64,000 bases of DNA from Thermoanaerobaculia bacterium. GTDB lineage: Bacteria; Acidobacteriota; Thermoanaerobaculia; UBA5066. The notes under the pieces are model-generated. The model searched no databases. It saw only the letters and a program-made list of their open reading frames with translations, and was not told the origin of the DNA. The stretch is taken from the NCBI GenBank assembly GCA_963719225.1, contig CAVRAY010000001.1, positions 1,728,001-1,792,000 of the forward strand, read 5' to 3'. Below, in pieces: positions 48,046 through 56,126 of this stretch (position 1 is its first letter; every line of letters starts with the position of its first letter). A program made the position numbers and the translations under genes.

Positions 48046-49271
48046 GCCGCTGGGCGCGTCTCGCCGCCCGGAACCTCCGCCGCCACGCGCGCCGGACGCT
48101 CCTCACGGGCTCGATCGTCGTGGTCGGGTTCGTGGCCGTCACGATGACCTCCGGCTTCGTGTCCCAGACGTTCTCGTCGCTCAAGGCCGCGACGATCCGC
48201 GGGACCGGCGGCCACCTGCGGATCCTCGACCCCAGGGCGGCGGGGAAGACCGACGACGAGGCGGCCGTCCTCCTGCTCGACGACTGGCAGGGACTCGCTG
48301 CCGTCGTGAAGAAGGACCCGCGCGTCGTTCAGGCCATGCCGAAGTTGTCGTTCTTCGGGCTCGTCGCGAAAGGCGAGAAGAGCGCGGCGTACATCGGGAC
48401 CGGGACCATTCCGGCGCTCGAGAAGAATGCCTCTCTCGCCTCCGATACGGTCGTGTCGGGGAGCTTCCTGTCGAATCCCGACACGGACGAGGTCATGCTC
48501 GGATCCGGCCTCGCGCGTGCTCTCGGCGCGAAGACGGGGGACCTCGTCACCGTGATGGCGACGACGCCCGACGGCGCTCTGAACGCGGTGGACGCGTCCG
48601 TTGCCGCGGTGCTCTCGTATCCGATCAAGGAGATCGACGACCGGCTCCTCTTCCTCCCTTATGCCGCGGCCTCGAGGCTCCTCAAGTCCGAGGGGAAGGC
48701 GAACACGCTCGTCGTGCTCCTCAAGGACGACGCCGACGTGGATGCCGCCGCGCGCGAGCTCTCGAAGAGCCTCGAGGCGGCCGGACGCCCCGTCGTCGTG
48801 AAGACCTGGCTCGAGACCGCCGCGTTCTACAAGCAGGTCAAGCTCCTCTACATCGCGATCTTCTTCTTCATGGGCCTCGTGCTCTCGACGGTCGTCATCC
48901 TCGCCGCCGCGAACACCATGACGATGTCGGTGTTCGAGCGAACGCGCGAGATCGGGACGCTTCTCGCGATCGGAATGGAGCGCGGGCAGATCCGGACGCT
49001 TTTCCTCCTCGAGGGCCTCCTCCTCGGGGTCGTCGGCTCGGCCGTCGGCGCGGCGGCGTCGTTCGTTCTGAGGCTGATCCTGAACGCGTCGGGCATCATG
49101 CTGCCGCCTCCTCCGGGCGGGACGCGTGGAAACGTCCTGCACGTGGACTTCATCCCGCTCGCGTACGGGCTCGGTTTCGCGATCATGTCGCTCACCCTCC
49201 TCGTCGCCGCGTGGTGGCCCGCACGCCGCGCGGCGCGGCTGAACCCCGTGGAGGCGCTCGGGCATGTTTGA
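48042..49271 (+). CDS. ABC permease (LolC/E, FtsX-like)
   Basis: ARNLRRHARRT, MSVFERTREIGTL, LNPVEAL. Confidence 0.88.
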   Translation: MSRWARLAARNLRRHARRTLLTGSIVVVGFVAVTMTSGFVSQTFSSLKAATIRGTGGHLRILDPRAAGKTDDEAAVLLLDDWQGLAAVVKKDPRVVQAMPKLSFFGLVAKGEKSAAYIGTGTIPALEKNASLASDTVVSGSFLSNPDTDEVMLGSGLARALGAKTGDLVTVMATTPDGALNAVDASVAAVLSYPIKEIDDRLLFLPYAAASRLLKSEGKANTLVVLLKDDADVDAAARELSKSLEAAGRPVVVKTWLETAAFYKQVKLLYIAIFFFMGLVLSTVVILAAANTMTMSVFERTREIGTLLAIGMERGQIRTLFLLEGLLLGVVGSAVGAAASFVLRLILNASGIMLPPPPGGTRGNVLHVDFIPLAYGLGFAIMSLTLLVAAWWPARRAARLNPVEALGHV

Positions 49272-50007
49272 TTCCGGCCCTCTTCACTTTCTAAGCAGAA
49301 TTCTCTTTCTTTGTCTTATCTCCTCCTCCGTGTCTCGGGCCGAGGATCCCGCGGCGCTGCTGCGGCGCGCCGAGCGCATCAAGGATGCCTGGCCGGAGGT
49401 CGTCATCACGCTGCGCGTGACGACGACGCAGGCCGGCGCGCCGCCGGCCACCGGGATCTTCTCGGTCGAGGCGAAAGGCCGCGACAAGTCGCGCATCCGC
49501 TTTCAGAATCCTTCCGACGCCGGCAAGTCCGTCGTCCAGGTCGGTGACGACGTCTGGCTCGTCCTGCCGAACACGAAGAATCCGATCCGTGTGCCGAAGA
49601 GCCATCGCCTGAGAGGCGGATTCTCGGCGGCCGACATGGCGCGCACGCGGTTCGTGGACGACTACGACCCGGTTCTGGAGCGGACCGACGTGCTGAACGG
49701 CATGAGCTGCGCCGTCCTTCGTCTCACGGCGAGAGCGGGGAAGCATCCCTCGTATCCGATTGTGCGCGTCTGGATCGACGAGAAGGAAGCGCTCTACCGC
49801 AAGGCGGTTTTCCTCGTCTCGTCGGGAAAGACCGCGCGGGAGACCACGTTCGACGCGTACCGTCCGTTCCACGGCATCCTCTCGCTCGCGAAGATGACGA
49901 TCGTGGATACGCTCCGGACGGGCACGACGGTCGTCGAGTACCTCGACTACGAGAAGAAGAGTCTTCCGGACTCGACGTTCGAGGTCAGGACGGCCCCGCC
50001 GGCTTGA
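49264..50007 (+). CDS. LolA-like outer membrane lipoprotein-sorting protein
   Basis: Signal-like N-terminus; KSRIRFQNPSDAG, GGFSAADM, RVWID; operon context. Confidence 0.75.
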   Translation: MFDSGPLHFLSRILFLCLISSSVSRAEDPAALLRRAERIKDAWPEVVITLRVTTTQAGAPPATGIFSVEAKGRDKSRIRFQNPSDAGKSVVQVGDDVWLVLPNTKNPIRVPKSHRLRGGFSAADMARTRFVDDYDPVLERTDVLNGMSCAVLRLTARAGKHPSYPIVRVWIDEKEALYRKAVFLVSSGKTARETTFDAYRPFHGILSLAKMTIVDTLRTGTTVVEYLDYEKKSLPDSTFEVRTAPPA

Positions 50008-51877
50008 CGGCGAGCCACCGCGCGAACCACCTCACGAGAGTCACGTTCGAGCGGATGCGATTCGGGAGCTTCTGGAAGCCGTGGCCCTCGTCCGGGAAGA
50101 GGACGTACTCGACGGGAATGCCCCGCTTCTTCAGGCTCGCGGCGACCTGCTCGGCCTCGATGACGGGAACGTTCGTGTCGTTCGCGCCGTGGAGGATGAG
50201 CGTGGGCGTCTTGACGCGGTCGATCCTCGTGAGCGGCGAGAGCCTGTCGAGCATTTCGCCCTCGGTGTCCGGATCTCCGTACTCGATCTTCGAGATCGCG
50301 GCCATCCAGGCTTCCGTATGCTCGAAGAACGTCTTGAAGTTCACGACGCCGAAGAGGTCGACGCCGGCCGCGAACATGTCCGGGTAATCGGCCAGCCCGG
50401 CCATCGTCATGTAGCCGCCATAAGAGCCGCCCATGATCCCGAGGCGTTTCGGGTCGGCGACGCCGGCCTTCACGACCGCATCCACGCAGGAGACGATGTC
50501 CTTGACGGCGTTCGCGCGCAGCGCGCCGTTGTCGAGGTTCACGAAACGCTTCCCGAAGCCCGCCGAGCCGCGGACATTCGGCGCGAAGACGGCAATGCCT
50601 TGCGAGACGAGCGCCTGGTAATCACTTCGAAAAGACGGTACCTCCTGCCCCTCGGGCCCTCCGTGGAAGGACAGGACGACGGGACCTGGGCCCTTCGAGC
50701 CCTTCGGCCGATAGAGCCATCCGGAGAGCGGCTCGCCGTCGTGAGCCTTGAATCTGAGCAGCTCGGGAGAGACGAGAGAGGAAAGATCGACGCCCGGGTG
50801 GGGGCTCTCGGTGAGGCGGGTGAAGCGCGGAGAAGAGGAAGAGATTTCTTCGAGTAGGAAGATGTCGGACGGCGCCGTCGCGCTCGACACGGTCATCGCG
50901 AGCGTCTTGCCGTCGCGCGACCACGTCAGGCCGGACGCGAGATCTCCGGGCAGCTTCGGCCCCGAACGCATTTCCTTTCTAAGCAAATCTTCAAACGCCA
51001 GTTCATGGCGCCCCGCCACGTTCCAGATGAGCGCGGCCTTCTCTCCCTTTTCGTCGATCGCAAACGACGCGAGCTCCGCATCCTCCCGCGCCGCGACGAT
51101 CTCGATCGGACCGGGGACGCCGGCATCGGACACGGCGATCCGCGCGAAGGCGAGCCTGTCCCGATTTCCATTCGAAGAAATCCAGAGGACCTTTCCGTCC
51201 GGAGAGAACACACCCGAATAGGTTCCCGGGCCTTCATGCGGCGTGAGGAGCATCTCCTTCTTCGTCGCGAGATCCACGAGAAAGAGGTCGTTGCTGCCGC
51301 GGTAGCGTAGGCGATTGAGGAGGGCGCGCTTTCCGTCGCGCGACAGATCCTCGAAGCCGCCGATGCCCGGGTTCGTGACGACGAGCTCGAGCGCTCCGGT
51401 GTCGGGATCGTAGAGGTAGGCGTCGATGGCTGCGCCCATTCGCCGATTCGAGCCCAGGGCGAGCTTCCGGCCGTCGTGACGAAAGCCGCCGAGGCGGTTC
51501 GTCTCCTTGCCGCCATCCGTGAGGCGCTCGAGGCCCGTGCCGTCGGGGCGCACGAGGTACACCTGCGTGTTCATGCCGCCGCCGGGTGCGAGGGTGAACG
51601 CAATCCACTTGCCGTCCGGCGACCATTCGACCCCGCCGACGGGATCGTCGGACGACGTGACCATGCGAGGGAACCCGCCCTTCGCCGGCACGGTCCACAC
51701 CTGCGGCAGTCCGCTGAGATTCGAGACGAAGGCGATCGTGCTCCCATCGGGGGAGAAGCTCGGCGAGCGCGAGAAGCCGACCCGCGACATGCGCGAGACC
51801 GCGGTCTCGAGGTCGTCGGCGGCGAGGGGGAACACGGCGAGGGCGGCAGCGGCGGCGAGGAGCATCTTGAATTGCAT
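49985..51877 (-). CDS. S9 prolyl oligopeptidase family peptidase, exported
   Basis: HGGPE, GGSYGGY, HGANDTNVP, DEGHG; N-terminal propeller. Confidence 0.92.
   Translation of the reverse strand: MQFKMLLAAAAALAVFPLAADDLETAVSRMSRVGFSRSPSFSPDGSTIAFVSNLSGLPQVWTVPAKGGFPRMVTSSDDPVGGVEWSPDGKWIAFTLAPGGGMNTQVYLVRPDGTGLERLTDGGKETNRLGGFRHDGRKLALGSNRRMGAAIDAYLYDPDTGALELVVTNPGIGGFEDLSRDGKRALLNRLRYRGSNDLFLVDLATKKEMLLTPHEGPGTYSGVFSPDGKVLWISSNGNRDRLAFARIAVSDAGVPGPIEIVAAREDAELASFAIDEKGEKAALIWNVAGRHELAFEDLLRKEMRSGPKLPGDLASGLTWSRDGKTLAMTVSSATAPSDIFLLEEISSSSPRFTRLTESPHPGVDLSSLVSPELLRFKAHDGEPLSGWLYRPKGSKGPGPVVLSFHGGPEGQEVPSFRSDYQALVSQGIAVFAPNVRGSAGFGKRFVNLDNGALRANAVKDIVSCVDAVVKAGVADPKRLGIMGGSYGGYMTMAGLADYPDMFAAGVDLFGVVNFKTFFEHTEAWMAAISKIEYGDPDTEGEMLDRLSPLTRIDRVKTPTLILHGANDTNVPVIEAEQVAASLKKRGIPVEYVLFPDEGHGFQKLPNRIRSNVTLVRWFARWLAVKPAGPS
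50831..51183. repeat. Three dispersed motif copies in the S9 peptidase gene
   Basis: GATTTCTTCGAG (+, 50843); CTTTCTAAGCA (50975-50985) is identical to 49287-49297; CATTCGAAGAAATCC (51169-51183). Confidence 0.7.
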
Positions 51878-51990
51878 TGCCGCAATGTTATGCCGAGGTC
51901 AGCCGGCTGGCGGTCGAGCGGGCGAACGCGCCGAAGGCGGCGCCTTGGGGCCGAGTCGGAATCGACGCGCAGACCTCGGCGATCTCGGCA

Positions 51991-52878
51991 TCACTCTTGG
52001 GGGCGCGGGGTCTCGAGTGTCGTGTCCAGGTCGGACCCGCTCTCGAGCACCCAGCCGACCTCGCCGACATCCTTCGGTCGGGTCGCGGGGTCCTTCTCGA
52101 GACAGCTGGCAACGAGGTCCCGCAGCTTCTGGGAAACCTCCGGGCCCAAAGACCGCCAGTCGGGCGCGCCCGCGAGGACGGCCGCGAGCGATTCCGTCGC
52201 GTTTCGGCCTGCAAACGCGTGGCGGCCCGAGAGCATCTCGTAGAGGACGCACCCGAAGGACCAGACGTCGGACGCCGGCCCGACCGGCTCACCGCGCACC
52301 TGCTCGGGCGACATGTAGCCCATGGTGCCCACGGCGAATCCGATGCCGGTCACCACGGAGGCCGTATCGGCGACGGAGATGTTGCCGGGGGCGCCGGCCC
52401 CTGGCGCCGTCCGCGCGAGGCCGAAGTCGAGGATCTTCGCGCCCGCGCTCGTGAGGAAGATGTTCTGGGGCTTGAGGTCACGGTGGACGAACCCGAGCTC
52501 GTGCGCATGCGCGAGCCCCCGCGCGACGTCCGAGCCGATGCGGCGCACCTCCGACTCGGAGAGCCGCCCGCGGGCGAGCCGCGCCGCGAGGGTCTCCCCC
52601 TCGAGGAGCTCCATGACGAAATAGGCGACGGCGCCTTCGCTTCCCGCGTCGAAGAGCGTGCAGACGTTGGGATGCGTGAGCCGGGCCGCGATCTTCGCTT
52701 CGCGCGCGAATCGGCGGAGCGCGTCGGGATCGTCGCCATGCCGCGCGCCAACGACCTTGAGCGCGACGTCGCGATCGAGTCGCGTGTCGTGCGCCCGATA
52801 CACCTCGCCCATTCCTCCGGCGCCGAGCGGGGCAAGGACCTCGTACGGCCCGAGGCGCGTCCCAGCTCTGAGCGTCAC
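51991..52878 (-). CDS. Stand-alone Ser/Thr kinase domain (no sensor domain; possibly truncated)
   Basis: GAGGMGEVY, HRDLKPQN, DFG, YMSPEQ; stops shortly after the kinase C-lobe. Confidence 0.82.
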   Translation of the reverse strand: MTLRAGTRLGPYEVLAPLGAGGMGEVYRAHDTRLDRDVALKVVGARHGDDPDALRRFAREAKIAARLTHPNVCTLFDAGSEGAVAYFVMELLEGETLAARLARGRLSESEVRRIGSDVARGLAHAHELGFVHRDLKPQNIFLTSAGAKILDFGLARTAPGAGAPGNISVADTASVVTGIGFAVGTMGYMSPEQVRGEPVGPASDVWSFGCVLYEMLSGRHAFAGRNATESLAAVLAGAPDWRSLGPEVSQKLRDLVASCLEKDPATRPKDVGEVGWVLESGSDLDTTLETPRPQE

Positions 52879-52891
52879 GTCCCGAGCGCTT

Positions 52892-54370
52892 TCATCGACG
52901 GGAACGCGGCGTCGCGCTCCTGTTGCCCGACATCAGCGCGACGTAGATGCCGCCCGCCGCGAAGAAGCCCACGAACCAGGCGTAGTCGTAGAGGGGCTTC
53001 AGCGGCGGGATCACGAGGCCGCCCCACGCAAGGAAGCAGCCGGCGAATGTCGCGACGACCGCGGGAGCATTCCAGCCGCCGTATGCGCCGTCCTTCAGGT
53101 AGAGCGCCTTGAGGTCGAGGGTCTTCTTCCGCACGATCCAGTAGTCGGCGATCAGGACCCCCGCGATCGAGCCGAGGCCTCCCGAGTAACCGAGCAGCCA
53201 CGTGAAGATATAGCCCTTCGGGTCGGCGAGGAGGCGCCACGGCTGCATGGCGATGCCGAGGAGACCGGTGATGAGGCCGCCCGTCTTGAAGCTGATGTAG
53301 CGGGGGAGGGCGTTCGCGAAGTCGTTCGCGGGCGAGACGACGTTCGCGGCGATGTTGACGGCCAGCGTCGCGACGACGACGGAGAACATCGCGACCGCCA
53401 CGACGAGCGGGTTCGTGAATTTCCCGACGAGCTTGACGGGATCCCAGATCGCCTCGCCGAAGATGATCGCGCTCGCGCTCGTGATGAGGACGCCCATCGC
53501 CGCGAACGCGAACATCGTCGTGGGCAACGCGACGGCCTGGCCGACGACCTGCTCTCTCTGGCTCCGGCCGAAGCGCGTGAAGTCCGGCATGTTGAGCGAA
53601 AGCGTGGCCCAGAAGCCGATCATCGCCGTGAGCGAGGGGATGAAGACGGGGAAGAACGCGCGGAACGTCCGGAATTTTCCGGGCTGGGCGAGGAGCGGCC
53701 CGAGCCCGTTCGCCTTGTTCACGGCCCACACGAGCAGGACGATCGTCACAACGAGGACGTAGGGGGCGGCCCAGTTCTCGACCTTGCGGAGGAGGTCCAT
53801 GCCCCGGTAGATGACGAAGATGTTCAGACCCCAGAAGAGAAGGAACGAGAGCCATTCCGTGGTCGTGTGGCCGGAAAACCCGGAGCCCAGGAGCGTGGGC
53901 CAGCCCGGGAAGACCGCGGCGAAGAAGGTGTAGAGAGCCTCCCCGCCGATCCAGGTCTGGATCCCGAACCAGCCGCAGGCGACGAGGGCGCGCATGAGCG
54001 CCGGCAGGTTCGAGCCCGCGGTGCCGTAGGCGGCGCGCGCGAAGACCGGGAATGGGATGCCGTATTTCGTACCGGGGTGGGAGTTCAGGAGGATCGGCAC
54101 GAGAACGATCGTGTTGCCGAGGAGGATCGTGAAGAGCGCCTGCTTCCAGTCCATCCCGCTGTTCATGAGGCCCGAGGCCAGCATGTACGTCGGGATGCAG
54201 TGCGCCATCGAGATCCACAGCGCGGCGTAGTTGTAGGTCGTCCACGTTCGGCGGGCGACCGGAACGGGCGCGAGATCGTCGTTGTAGAGCGGGCTCCGGG
54301 CGATCGCGGACGTATCCGCGAGCTCGACGCGGCCGTCCGCGTGGGCGATCTCGCCGGTCCCCGCGCTCAT
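52892..54370 (-). CDS. NCS1 nucleobase:cation symporter
   Basis: LYNDDLAP, WISMAHCIPTY, GFWATLSLNMPDFTRF, NIAANVVSPANDF. Confidence 0.92.
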   Translation of the reverse strand: MSAGTGEIAHADGRVELADTSAIARSPLYNDDLAPVPVARRTWTTYNYAALWISMAHCIPTYMLASGLMNSGMDWKQALFTILLGNTIVLVPILLNSHPGTKYGIPFPVFARAAYGTAGSNLPALMRALVACGWFGIQTWIGGEALYTFFAAVFPGWPTLLGSGFSGHTTTEWLSFLLFWGLNIFVIYRGMDLLRKVENWAAPYVLVVTIVLLVWAVNKANGLGPLLAQPGKFRTFRAFFPVFIPSLTAMIGFWATLSLNMPDFTRFGRSQREQVVGQAVALPTTMFAFAAMGVLITSASAIIFGEAIWDPVKLVGKFTNPLVVAVAMFSVVVATLAVNIAANVVSPANDFANALPRYISFKTGGLITGLLGIAMQPWRLLADPKGYIFTWLLGYSGGLGSIAGVLIADYWIVRKKTLDLKALYLKDGAYGGWNAPAVVATFAGCFLAWGGLVIPPLKPLYDYAWFVGFFAAGGIYVALMSGNRSATPRSRR

Positions 54371-54396
54371 GAGGTGCCGGAATGGTAACCCGGGTG

Positions 54397-55530
54397 CTAG
54401 CGCCTGGGGGGAGCGAGCGCGCCGAGGGCGGGCCTTTCCGCGATCATCTTCGAAAGGGCGAGCCCTCCGGCGCGAAGAGCGTCGGGCGAGCCGGGACGTG
54501 CGGCGAGCAAGGCGCCGGCGTCCCCTTCGATCGCGCTGTACGTGTCGGCCGCCACCAGGCCAAGCCACGGATCGGTACTCGGCGTCAGGAAGAGCTCGTC
54601 GTAGATGCGGTTCGTGAGGGCAGCGAGGTCGACAGGCCGGTTGGATCGTGAAAGCCACTGCTGGATCGTCCGCCGCAGAGAAACGTTGAGTGCCGTATCG
54701 GCGGCAAGCGACTGCTCGAAGTTGCGCACCGCGCGGGCGAAAGCGCTCGCGTCGGCGCCTCGCATCTTCACGCGCATGAGCTGGAGGCTGCTGGCGTCGA
54801 GGACGGTGCCCCTATTACCTTCTAAGAAATCTTTGGTGCTCTTCTTCCGTCCCCTCTCTATCTCTTGCAGAAACTCTCTCGGTCCCCAGAGTCCTGGCAA
54901 GACGTCGACAATGTCGGCATTGCTTGTCAGTAGGTAATGCAGGCTGTTTCCCGTGATCGTTCTCTCGAGCTTTCGCCCGTCTCCGAAGTCGATCGTGATT
55001 TTCGGTACCGGCCGAACGGATTCCCAGTGGAGAATCCAGTTGTTCCGCAGCTCGTCCGAGATCGCCGCATTCGCGTACAGCACGGTACGGAAGAAGCGGC
55101 TGTTCGCGCAGCTGAGCTCTTCGTCGAGGTTCCCGTGGAGGCGCAGGGAGAGGATCGGCTTTCCGGCTTTCGCGGCCGCGGCCTTCGCTGCGGCGAAGTC
55201 GGTGTACCAGTAGAGGCCCGACCACGCTGCGTCGCGCTGGCGCGCCACCGCGTCGAGGCCGGCCCGGAGCCGTTCCCATTCCGGCCGGAGAGGCGCCCCG
55301 GCGGCGAGGCCCTCGCGCATCGATTCGATGGCCGGGAGATTTTCTTCGAAGATGAGATTGAGGCCAGGCGGGCCCATTTCCCGGAGGCGCGCCCGCGCAG
55401 TGCCAGCGAGCGCCGGGTTCGCCAATACGGCGTCGCTTGCGAGTCGGTTTGTTTCGGAGACGGCCGCTGGCCCCGAGAGCAGTGCTGTGGTTGCCGCCAG
55501 GAGGAACGCCGTCGTCGATCTTCCCTTCAT
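54397..55530 (-). CDS. Exported protein with thioredoxin-like domain resembling the selenoprotein N C-terminus
   Basis: Signal peptide; WYTDFAAAKAAAAKAGKPILSLRLHGNLDEELSCANSRFFR. Confidence 0.65.
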   Translation of the reverse strand: MKGRSTTAFLLAATTALLSGPAAVSETNRLASDAVLANPALAGTARARLREMGPPGLNLIFEENLPAIESMREGLAAGAPLRPEWERLRAGLDAVARQRDAAWSGLYWYTDFAAAKAAAAKAGKPILSLRLHGNLDEELSCANSRFFRTVLYANAAISDELRNNWILHWESVRPVPKITIDFGDGRKLERTITGNSLHYLLTSNADIVDVLPGLWGPREFLQEIERGRKKSTKDFLEGNRGTVLDASSLQLMRVKMRGADASAFARAVRNFEQSLAADTALNVSLRRTIQQWLSRSNRPVDLAALTNRIYDELFLTPSTDPWLGLVAADTYSAIEGDAGALLAARPGSPDALRAGGLALSKMIAERPALGALAPPRR

Positions 55531-55545
55531 AGAAAATCTCCCGGT
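54813..55545. repeat. Three dispersed motif copies, including a 14-bp inverted pair
   Basis: GATTTCTTAGAAGGTAAT on minus strand (54814-54831); CCGGGAGATTTTCT at 55332-55345 (+) and its reverse complement at 55531-55544. Confidence 0.7.
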
Positions 55546-55613
55546 GGCTTCCTGCGCCAGAAAGGCGAGCCAGTGCCGAAGATGCAAGAGGGCCGCCAGA
55601 AACCGACGGCCTC

Positions 55614-56033
55614 TCAGCGCGCTTCGGGCCGGACGTACGTCAGGGTATGGTGCGTGAGGAGCGCACCGTCCCTCGTCAGGCAGGACGCCTCGCCGTAGGT
55701 CGTCCGCTTCCCGGGCCGCAGGACCTTCGCCCGGCAGAGGAAGTCCTCGCTCCGGGCGCTCTGCAGGAACGACGTCTGCATGTGGCTGGTGACGGACGTG
55801 TCGTCGAGGCCGCACTGTGTCTTGATGGCGAGCCACATCGCGACGTCGGCCGCCGTCATGAAGACGATGCCGCTCACGATGCCACCGGGGCGCTCCCATT
55901 CCTTTCGAAAGGGGACCTCCAAGGTGCAGACGCCGTCCCCGAGGGACTCGACCCGGAAGCCGAACGGGCGCGTGAACGCCTTCTCGTGCGCGAGGAGCGC
56001 CTGCAGCTCCTCGACTCGGACGGACAGACTCAT
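55614..56033 (-). CDS. PaaI family hotdog-fold thioesterase
   Basis: PGGIVSGIVFMTAAD, TSFLQSA, KVLRPGKR; GGAGG RBS. Confidence 0.85.
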   Translation of the reverse strand: MSLSVRVEELQALLAHEKAFTRPFGFRVESLGDGVCTLEVPFRKEWERPGGIVSGIVFMTAADVAMWLAIKTQCGLDDTSVTSHMQTSFLQSARSEDFLCRAKVLRPGKRTTYGEASCLTRDGALLTHHTLTYVRPEAR

Positions 56034-56126
56034 CTCGGCCTCCGCGGAGAGGATAGCGGGGCCGTATCGCCTTTGCCTTCGAATCGGCTTAAGCTAAAGA
56101 TTCATTCTCTTCGGGGGAGGTCTCAG

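Noticed and set aside
49985-50007. 23-bp convergent overlap of the LolA-like and S9 peptidase genes
   Set aside because: Short tail-to-tail overlaps are common in compact GC-rich genomes
54442-54457. Degenerate motif-like strings (54442, 6601-6626, 56099, 2637)
   Set aside because: Too many mismatches to count without a position-weight-matrix score
6311-55545. Dispersed motif pairs as IS/MITE terminal inverted repeats
   Set aside because: Interiors are unrelated in-frame coding sequence; no target-site duplications or transposase seen
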